A DNA stretch of 44,612 bases from NCBI GenBank assembly GCA_022705625.1, contig JAKJEE010000002.1, positions 1 to 44,612 on the forward strand, written 5' to 3'. The notes under the pieces were generated by a model. That model was not told the origin of the DNA. It did no database searches and was given only the letters and a program-made list of their open reading frames with translations. The translations under genes were made by a program, and so were the position numbers. The DNA is from Patescibacteria group bacterium. GTDB taxonomy: Bacteria; Patescibacteriota; Minisyncoccia; UBA6257; JAKLIH01. Positions 19,438-27,166 of the stretch are shown piece after piece (position 1 is the first letter of the stretch; the number at the start of each line of letters is the position of its first letter).

Positions 19438-19533
19438 CTCCACACTAACTTTATGATAGATTTTGTCTGTTCTATAAGCTTAGTATTATTGTTAAACGTT
19501 ATATTGTTTATTTTTAGCAAAGTTAGTGTGGGG
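19438..19533. repeat. Hairpin element H4 (divergent member, about 96 nt).
   Basis: The terminal inverted repeats are CTCCACACTAACTTTAT..AGCAAAGTTAGTGTGGGG. Confidence 0.7.
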
Positions 19534-19538
19534 ACTCG

Positions 19539-19578
19539 CCCCGCTTCGCTCCACTACTAACTAAAGTTAGTGTGGGGG
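19539..19578. repeat. REP-like hairpin S3.
   Basis: The sequence is CCCCGCTTCGCTCCACTACTAACTAAAGTTAGTGTGGGGG. Confidence 0.8.
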
Positions 19579-19628
19579 TTTATTTTTGTTACCGAAAGTT
19601 TTATTAAAAACTTCCGACAAAAATCTCG

Positions 19629-19700
19629 TAGCCCTAAGGAGAATCGAACTCCTATTGCCAGATTGAAAATCTGATGTCCTGACCATTAGACGATAGGGCC
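19629..19700 (-). tRNA. tRNA-Glu (anticodon UUC).
   Basis: The cloverleaf has acceptor GGCCCTA/TAGGGCT, D arm GTCT-AATGGTCA-GGAC, anticodon stem TCAGA/TCTGG with loop TTTTCAA, and T arm AGGAG-TTCGATT-CTCCT. No CCA is encoded. Confidence 0.9.
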
Positions 19701-19727
19701 AAAGAAAAAGCTCCAACATTCAATAGT

Positions 19728-19826
19728 CCCACCACACTAACTTTACGTTAGAATTACAATACTTGCTAATGGATGTGATTGTAATAAATAATTCTTATCA
19801 TATCTATAGTAAAGTTAATGTGGGGG
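19728..19826. repeat. 99-nt hairpin element H2.
   Basis: The ends are CCCACCACACTAACTTTAC..GTAAAGTTAATGTGGGGG. Confidence 0.8.
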
Positions 19827-19892
19827 CATAGCAATATCCAAAGAGAAGTTACAATATTCAATAAACAAATAAAAATTCCAATATTCAATATT

Positions 19893-19991
19893 CCCACCAC
19901 GCTAACTTTACATTAGAATGGTAATATTAGTTAAGGGCTATAAACATTTTAAACAAATTATACTATGTATCCAGTAAAGTTAATGTGGGGG
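19893..19991. repeat. 99-nt hairpin element H3.
   Basis: The ends are CCCACCACGCTAACTTTAC..GTAAAGTTAATGTGGGGG. The interior shares GGTAATATTAGTTAAG with H1. Confidence 0.8.
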
Positions 19992-20235
19992 CAGGCGCCT
20001 GTCAAAAATGAAGGTCATAATACAGAAAGAAGAAATTGGAAGCAAAATAACCATACCCTTTTCTTAAATTAAAGAAAAAAGTTCAAAACTAACGATGATT
20101 AAAAGTGTAAGGACGTGGTTTTGCTTTTGACCATAAATATACTATCATATTTTGGGAAAAAATCAACATAAAAATCGTTCTTGTAATTTGAATGTTTTTA
20201 ATGTATAATAAAAAATAATAAGAAAATAAAAAATT

Positions 20236-21309
20236 ATGAAAATTTTATCGATTGAAACGTCTTGTGATGACACAGCTATGGCGATAGTTGAATGTAATGG
20301 TACTTTAAATAATTTGAGTACTAAATTAATATCAAACGCTATTTCTAGTCAAACAAAACTTCACGCAAAATCAGGTGGAATTATTCCCAATTTGGCGGCT
20401 AGAGAACATGAGAAAAATTTAATACCGATTTTTAATGAAGTCCTGAGATTGGCGAAAATAAAAAAGCAGAATCTTGGAAAAGAAATAGATTTAATTGCTG
20501 TAACTAAAGGACCGGGATTACAACCATCTTTATTGATGGGATTAAATTTTGCAAAAACACTGGCATATATATTAAATAAGCCAATCATTGGGGTCAATCA
20601 TTTGCTTGGCCATATTTTATCTAATTTTATAAAAAATAATGAAGAGTTTAAAAACGAAATAAAATTACCTTTAGTATGTCTATTGGTTTCTGGTGGACAT
20701 ACTCAACTTTACAAAATTAATTCGTGAGATAAGATTGAACTAATGGGCGAAACTTTGGATGATGCCAGCGGAGAATGTTTTGATAAGATTGCAAAAATAA
20801 TGAAATTGGGATATCCTGGTGGAGTATTTGTTTCAAAGATAGCTGAACAGTTCAGAAATAAAAATAAAAATTGTAAACAAGAATTTAATTTACCAAAACC
20901 ATTAATTAATTCAAAAGATTATAATTTTAGTTTTTCGGGATTAAAAACAGCAGTATTATATTTAGTTCAAAGATTAAAAAAAGAAAAGAAATTTAATAAA
21001 AAAGTTTCGGAGAGAATTTGTTTTGAGGCAGAAGAAGTTATCACAGACGTGTTAGTTCATAAAACTTTGAAATTGGCCAAGGATATAAATGCTAAAACCG
21101 TCATGATATCTGGCGGGGTATCAGCTAATCAACGATTACGGTCAAAGTTTTTAGAAAAAATTGGAGGAGAATTTGATTTTGTTTGCCCTGACAAATTAAT
21201 GTCGACTGATAACGCCGCGATGATAGCCATTGCTGGCTATTATGAATATTTAAAAGGTAAAAAAGACGATTGTTTAACGTTAGAAGTTGATGCGAACCTC
21301 CAAATTTAA
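20236..21309 (+). CDS. tsaD: tRNA N6-adenosine threonylcarbamoyltransferase TsaD (357 aa), with one in-frame TGA at 20725.
   Basis: Motifs present: ILSIETSCDDTA, GVNHL.GH and GETLDDASGECFDKIAK..GYPGG. The two ORF-track pieces share a frame. Confidence 0.92.
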
Positions 21310-21428
21310 GTAAAACAATTGTAAAACGATAGCCAGACAATAGAAATATAACAAAAACCACCGAACAAAATTAATTATTAAACCATTGGCTTACTTAATC
21401 AAAATTTTAATAAACTAAAATTAATATC

Positions 21429-21764
21429 ATGGAATACATAAACATTGACGATTTCTCCAAAATTGAAATAAAAATTGGCCAAATTATTGAAGCCGAGAAA
21501 TTAGAGGAAAGTAATAAACTTTTAAAATTAAGGGTTGATTTTGGTGGCGATGACCTACGCCAAGTTTTGTCGGGTATTGCAAAATGATATAATGCTGAAG
21601 ATATTATAAATAAAAAATTCGCCTTTGTGACCAATCTCGAACCAAGATCAATGCTTGGTTATGAAAGCCAAGCCATGATACTGGCAAGTCAGGATGAAAA
21701 TACTAATATAGTTAGTGTTTTAACTCCTGACAAAGACGTTTCACCAGGATCAAAAGTTAACTAA
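21429..21764 (+). CDS. tRNA-binding domain protein (CsaA / MetRS-C-terminal-like), 111 aa, with one in-frame TGA.
   Basis: The sequence KIEIKIGQIIEAEK..KLLKLRVDFG...QVLSGIAK-W-Y..FVTNLEPR fits the pattern. It is missing from the ORF track because of the TGA. Confidence 0.8.
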
Positions 21765-21766
21765 TT

Positions 21767-21795
21767 AAAAATCTCGCCATAATGGCGAGATTTTT
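21767..21795. terminator. Bidirectional terminator between the tRNA-binding gene and tmk.
   Basis: The stem is AAAAATCTCGCCAT/ATGGCGAGATTTTT. Confidence 0.7.
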
Positions 21796-22435
21796 AATTA
21801 AAGCGTTTTTCAATTTCTTGCACGATTTGTTTATGAATTTCTTCGGGTGTTTGCAAAGCATCAACATTGAACCACTTATCTTTAAATTTGTTTGCTAAAT
21901 ATTGATAGCCAGCGTATGCTCGTTGGTAAAAGCTAAAATCTTTTTTATCGAAATGATTAACTTTTTCATTTAACCGATTAGTTAGACGTTGATCTAAAAC
22001 TTGCATATATTTATCCATTGCTATATCAAGAAAAATGATTAAATCAGGAATAATGTCATGTATGGCCAAATGGCAAGCGTCTTCAATTCTCTTCAAATCT
22101 TGTTGGAAGGCAAAGCACTGATAAACAATAGTAGTCGTCCACGCTCGGTCTTGAATAATAAATATATCTTTATTCTGATTGGGAATAATAATTTTCTCAT
22201 AAATATCGGATCGACAAGCATTAAACATAAACGATTGAGTTAAGGGATCAATTGGCTCGTTATTAAATAGTAGAATTTCTCTTAATTTTTGGCCGAGTGG
22301 TGTTTGTCCTGGTTCTTTTACTAATATAAAATCTTGATTGCTGGCTTGGAAATATTCTTTTAAAAAATTGATTTGAGTGCTCTTGCCACTACACTCCATA
22401 CCTTCCAAAATAATAAGTTTGCTTTTATGGGTCAT
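21794..22435 (-). CDS. tmk: Thymidylate kinase (213 aa).
   Basis: The P-loop LIILEGMECSGKSTQ and the DR..TT region are present. Confidence 0.9.
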   Translation of the reverse strand: MTHKSKLIILEGMECSGKSTQINFLKEYFQASNQDFILVKEPGQTPLGQKLREILLFNNEPIDPLTQSFMFNACRSDIYEKIIIPNQNKDIFIIQDRAWTTTIVYQCFAFQQDLKRIEDACHLAIHDIIPDLIIFLDIAMDKYMQVLDQRLTNRLNEKVNHFDKKDFSFYQRAYAGYQYLANKFKDKWFNVDALQTPEEIHKQIVQEIEKRFN

Positions 22436-22444
22436 ATTAGAAGT

Positions 22445-23218
22445 TTATTGATCAATATTAATTTCTTGAATTTCTTCGTTGGTCTCAGCATTCTCTAACC
22501 CACTAATATCAATTTCTTCATAAGGTATTAAAAGTTCAAAGTTGCCAGCATAGTAGGGTGCGATTTGATTTTCGTTAAAATAAAATATTATGCCCTGGTC
22601 ATTTAAAGCGAAAGTTTGATAGTTAGCTTGAGTGGGTTTAAATCCTTCCATAAAAAATTCATAATCTTGCTTTTGAGTTGTCAACTTTTTAATCGCATAT
22701 TTGGAAATACTTTCGAGCATAGTTTCATCAATAATTGCTTCTTCAAATGGAATTTCAGTTGATTCAGCAATGGCAAAATTTTTTGTTCAAATCAAATGAC
22801 TCGGATGAGCACCACCCGTATAAGCTTCGCTATTAAACTTGATACTTAACACATCGTCTTGGTTGAAAATTGTTGTATAATTAATTGTCAAAGTTGTTTT
22901 GGCACTATTGGGCGAAGGTATGGTTACGATGGATTTAAAATCATTAATTCGCTTTTCAATATCGGCAAAAATATTATCATCAATGGTTTTGTTTTCCGTA
23001 ACTGGATAATGAATATCAATTAGATAATTATTTTTATCTTCATAGATAGTTTTATCAGTAATAGTTAAGATCGTTTCTTGACTGACGATAGTAGTGGTAG
23101 TGGTTGGCATAGTGCTTTTGCTACTTATATAATGACGCAATTGATTTTGAGTATTAAAAATATATATACCCAAAATGATAATCACTATTAAAAATAAAAT
23201 TAGCAAAAATTTTTTCAT
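22445..23218 (-). CDS. Membrane-anchored DUF4163/DUF3298-type protein (257 aa), with one in-frame TGA at 22787.
   Basis: It has an N-terminal TM helix and the YTGGAHP motif typical of DUF3298. The join was checked codon by codon. Confidence 0.7.
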
Positions 23219-23221
23219 AAA

Positions 23222-23791
23222 TTACTTTTTAAAAAATTTATTAAAGATATCTAAAATAATTTTATAATCATTTTTTTTATCAATATGCCCCCGTTTGTTT
23301 ATTTTTATAATGTTGGCATTAAGCTTTTTATCAAAAAATTCTATATTTTTTCTTGAAACATAAGGATCGTCGGTGGAGAAAATACAAACCAAGCGAGATA
23401 TTAATCGGTTGACCTTTTTAAAATTGACGGGAGTATTTATTCAAGGTTCGGCAATACTTTTTTCTTCTTTAGTTAATCCTTTGAGAGTTATTCAGCCAGC
23501 CACAAACAAAATTCCACCAATTTTTTCTTTGGATTGGCTTTTTTCTATTAATCTTAGTATGGATTGACAACCAATACTATGAGCAATAAAATAAGTATTT
23601 TTATTACTTTTATTTTTGGTAACTTTTTCTAATACCTTAACTCAGTTATCAATGATGGGGGTTTCGGTATCCGGCATATCAATAGTTATAACATCATATT
23701 GTAATTTCTCCAATTCTTCTTTAATTTTTGGAATCCAATATGATGTTGAATTGAATCCTCAGCCGTGAATTATAAAAACTTTCTTTTTCAT
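23222..23791 (-). CDS. Alpha/beta serine hydrolase, YdeN/RBBP9-like (189 aa), with several in-frame TGA.
   Basis: The frame was checked and is open. Motifs present: VFIIHG-W-G and FIAHSIGC (nucleophile elbow). It is absent from the ORF track because of dense TGA. Confidence 0.7.
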
Positions 23792-23847
23792 AATCATTGC
23801 TTAATATTAAACAAATTGTAACAGATTTAAAATTTTTTTACAACCAA

Positions 23848-23874
23848 TAAAAAATGAGCGATTTTTTCGCTCAT
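23848..23874 (-). terminator. Terminator downstream of tRNA-His.
   Basis: The stem ATGAGCG/CGCTCAT is followed by a T-run on the minus strand. Confidence 0.6.
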
Positions 23875-23882
23875 TTTTTTAT

Positions 23883-23958
23883 TGGGGTGGCTGATGGGAT
23901 TCGAACCCACGACTTCCTGTGCCACAGACAGGCGCTCTACCGCTGAACTACAGCCACC
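23883..23958 (-). tRNA. tRNA-His (GUG) with encoded G-1 and encoded CCA.
   Basis: Acceptor G-GTGGCTG/CAGCCAC-C, anticodon arm CCTGT-CTGTGGC-ACAGG, T arm GTGGG-TTCGAAT-CCCAT. It is very close to E. coli tRNA-His as I recall it. Confidence 0.92.
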
Positions 23959-24160
23959 ATAAAATAATGTTCTAATGCTCTAATAACCTAATATTCTGAA
24001 CAAAAGACCCTACACTCAGAAAGCTTAAAATTAAAAATAAACACCCACAATATTTAAATTAATCATAGCAAAAAATTGATCAAAATGCAACGAAATGAAT
24101 TAAGTAATAATAATCTAAGCGGAAAAGTATGGTTAACAGTTAAAATTAAGATGGAACCCA

Positions 24161-24193
24161 TCAATGGAACGCCGCCAGGCGGCGTTCCATTGA
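24161..24193. repeat. Perfect 33-nt GC-rich palindrome TCAATGGAACGCCGCC-A-GGCGGCGTTCCATTGA (copy 2).
   Basis: It is self-complementary over 16+16 nt and related to 4716-4751. Confidence 0.85.
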
Positions 24194-24363
24194 AAAGAAT
24201 TTGCTTACAGCTAATTCAATTATCTAAAGAGCCTCAAAAAGCACGACCATTAAATTGGGCAAGCTGTAAAAGGCAAGAAATAGTTAAACAATATCCAAAA
24301 TCATACTGCTAAATTCAACCAACGCGCAAGGTCATGTCACTTACACAATTGAATGACGTAACC

Positions 24364-24404
24364 TTTAAAACAAAACCTGGCGACAAATAAAATTTGTCGC
24401 CAGG
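24364..24404 (-). terminator. Intrinsic terminator of the surface-protein gene.
   Basis: The stem CCTGGCGACAAA/TTTGTCGCCAGG is followed by GTTTTGTTTT on the minus strand. Confidence 0.75.
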
Positions 24405-24434
24405 CACAAGTCCTTTAGTTTCCGAAAATGATAT

Positions 24435-26837
24435 TTAATTTTTTAAATCGTTTATTTTCTTTTGAATTTGACGATCTTCTAATTTCTTTAAAAACTTTTT
24501 ACCATTTTCATTTTTAGTAATATAAACTCAAGATGCCCCGGTAATTAAAATACTTAAGCCAGTAACAATCATTCCCGTTTCCATTGGACCAGTAGCAATT
24601 GTTGAAGCGCCTAAAACGGCACTATAAGTCACGGTGGCGCTATCGCTAACAGTAGTCACGTCATCAGCTTTAACTTCGGCCGTGTTAGTTATAGTGTAGT
24701 AGGTACCAGTTTGATTGGCAATAGCCTGAAAAGTAATAATTTTTTTATCGCCTGGCTTGAATGTGCCAAGATTGATACCCACAGTAGCAATACCATCAAC
24801 ATTTTGGACACCATCAATTTTTGTAGTATTAACATAATAGCTTAATGGCGCTGGTAAGCGATCAATTACAATTGTGTTGTTAGCATACTTAGTAGCGTGA
24901 ATATTGGAAATTAACAAATAAAATTCAACGACATCACCTTGTTTGGCATTAACAACTTTATTATAGGAACGATCGCCGTTTGATAAGTTTCTACCTAATT
25001 TTGTGATTGTTAAAATTTTATCAGTTTGTTGATCTAAAACATTAACCACCACGGTGTCAGAAACAGTCGAACCATTGGTGCCATTACAAGTAATTGTGTA
25101 AGTAGTGGTGTTGGTAGGAGAAATTGTTTCGCTACCATAAGTTGATTTGTTTCCATTTCAACCATTAGAAGCATAACATGAGTTAACGTTGTTTGATGAT
25201 CAAGACAGAACAGCTGTTTGTCCTCTATATATAGTAGAAGGATAAACCGATAAATCAACAGATGGACTTACTTCTCTAACTGTAACTGTTACAGTGTCAG
25301 AAGCAGATGTATATTCGTTATAACAAGTTATAGTATAAATAGTTGTAGCTGACGGCGTAGTTGTTTCACTGCCATACATTGACTTAGAACCGCTTCAGCC
25401 ATTTGAAGCTACACAATAAGTGGCATTACTTGATGTTCAAGTAAGAACTGATGTTTGGCCTCTATCAACTATAGTTGGATTAGCAGTCAGATCAACAGTA
25501 ATATTTTTCTTAGCACAAGCATTGTTACAAGTAGTTAGATCCAAATATAAACCATTGGTATCTTGAAGACATTGACCGGTTGATTGATTACAAGAATATT
25601 TTATAATTGGTTTTTGACAAGCATAAAAACATTCGGTGTAAGAAGAGTATTGGCCAATGGTCGAAACTAGACAAGCATAAGTTGATAAATTACATTCGTA
25701 TCTTGGCAAAGGTGTTTCAGCTATACATTCAGCCGCACAAGCGTTATATGAACTATATTCACCGAGACCAGAAACATTACAAGCATAGGTTGTTCGGTTA
25801 CAGGTATAACGTGTGGCTGGAGGTTGGGCTGGAGTACAAGCCGATTGGCATTCACTTAATGAAGCAAAATTGCCTAAACTTGAGGTGTAGCATTGATAGG
25901 ATGAACGATTACATTCATAACGTGTGGCTGGAGATGTATAAGTACAAGCCGATTGGCATTCACTTAATGAAGCAAAATTGCCTAAACTTGAGGTGTAGCA
26001 TTGATAGGATGAACGATTACATTCATAACGTGTGGCTGGTTGTTCATCTTCAGTAATATTAATTGAACAAGTAGCCGATTTAGTTTGGTTCTTTTCATCA
26101 GTTACGGTAACCTTAAAACTTTTAAGACCTTTGGAAGTAAAAGTTTTATAAAGAATACGAGAGTAACCACTAACATCACCACTTCAAGAGTATGAATAAG
26201 GAGATGTGCCGCCAGAAACTTCAGCATAAATTTTAATTTCTTGATCTGTTTTACCACTAGTTGGAGTGGTATAACAAGCCACAGTAATTGGATCAGCTTC
26301 TTCTTCGACAGTAAAAGCTCGAGTGTTGCTAACGCCTAATGTTGGATTATTAGTAGTATTGTTATATTTTTCTTCAGCATAAACTCAAACTTTACAATAT
26401 TTATAGTTAGCCACTCAAGAAGGAATACTTCAAGAAAGGCTAGTATTGGAAGTTGTTCAGCCAATAGTGTTGTTGTCATTAGCAAAATCAATGCTATTGC
26501 CACAACCAAATCTGACTAAATAAGCACCAGGGGTGGCGCCAGTTTTAGTTCAACTAACGGTAACTGTTTTATTAGGAACAACATAACCACCTTTAACAGC
26601 TGTATTGCGAGCTGAAGAGCTAGTATCTGAATCAGTATAGCCGTTGACAGTAATGGAAGTAATAAAAATAGTACAAGATTTTGTGTTGTTAGGAGAAATA
26701 TCCGGACAAGCACTGGGATTACCATTTTTGTCGGCAATAGTTAAGGCGTTAGCTTGATTATTATTAAGAAAAACCAAGGCGCTTACAATTACGACCAAAA
26801 CGATAAACAATTTTTTATAAATATTTGAGTTTTTCAT
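24435..26837 (-). CDS. Secreted/cell-surface protein (800 aa). It has a signal peptide, five Cys4 ~35-aa repeats, Ig-like/DUF11-like domains and a C-terminal hydrophobic anchor. It contains many in-frame TGA=Trp.
   Basis: The frame was checked for TAA/TAG across all gaps between the ORF-track pieces (24528, 25437 and 26550 share a frame). The N-terminus MKNSNIYKKLFIVLVVIVSALVFL is a signal peptide. The C-terminus reads ..ATGPMETGMIVTGLSILITGAS-W-VYITKNENGKKF. Confidence 0.85.
25836..26038. repeat. Intragenic near-perfect tandem duplication (period 108 bp = 36 aa) encoding two identical Cys4 repeats.
   Basis: ACAAGCCGATTGGCATTCACTTAATG...GTGTGGCTGG occurs at 25836 and again at 25944. Confidence 0.9.
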
Positions 26838-26898
26838 ATTGCTGATTTTAGCTCTAAATAAATATTTAGAGTTTTTAATTAATTATTTAGTTTATTAA

Positions 26899-26927
26899 AT
26901 TATATCATTTTTATATAAATTTGTCAA
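26899..26927 (-). promoter_or_regulatory. Consensus promoter TTGACA-17-TGATATAAT (proximal) for the surface-protein gene.
   Basis: The hexamers lie at 26922-26927 and 26899-26904, with an extended -10 TG. Confidence 0.65.
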
Positions 26928-27009
26928 TTGGTGCTAATGCAGAGAAAAGTTGTTTTTGACCAAAAACAACTGAACTTAACTTTCAATACTATTAGTTTTA
27001 TATACCTAT

Positions 27010-27038
27010 ATTATATCACTTTTTATTTATTTTGTCAA
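27010..27038 (-). promoter_or_regulatory. Second consensus promoter TTGACA-17-TGATATAAT (distal), with a conserved upstream block CACAGGTGGGTATTGACAAAA.
   Basis: The hexamers lie at 27033-27038 and 27010-27015. The same 21-nt block recurs at 37919-37939. Confidence 0.65.
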
Positions 27039-27166
27039 TACCCACCTGTGGATAACTCTTTAATAATAATATGCCTTTTGCGCTTAATCTTAAAATAAAA
27101 CATTGATAAAATAAATATAGAAACTACCAAACCAAGGCATTCTTGGCCCTCATTTTGTAAATTGGC

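Noticed and set aside
19629-19700. At first glance this tRNA seemed to carry a UCA anticodon, which would make it a UGA-reading tRNA-Trp or tRNA-Gly and the key to the recoding.
   Set aside because: Folding with a 5-bp anticodon stem (TCAGA/TCTGG) and a 7-nt loop (TTTTCAA) places UUC at positions 34-36. The D-arm also resembles tRNA-Glu. No UGA-decoding tRNA is present in this window.
24076-24312. 78-aa plus-strand ORF between tRNA-His and the surface-protein gene.
   Set aside because: It starts at a non-ATG codon and has no Shine-Dalgarno site. It runs straight through the 33-nt GC palindrome (translated as GTPPGGVP), so it is most likely non-coding.
25034-26737. ORFs 25034..25258 (-), 25607..26056 (+) and 26516..26737 (-) lie inside the surface-protein gene.
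   Set aside because: They are alternative-frame or antisense shadows. The 25607 ORF merely translates the 108-bp tandem duplication on the wrong strand.
27047-27055. A perfect DnaA-box-like TGTGGATAA, raising the possibility of oriC.
   Set aside because: It is a single box with no cluster. No dnaA or dnaN gene is nearby and no AT-rich unwinding repeats are evident. It overlaps a promoter UP region.
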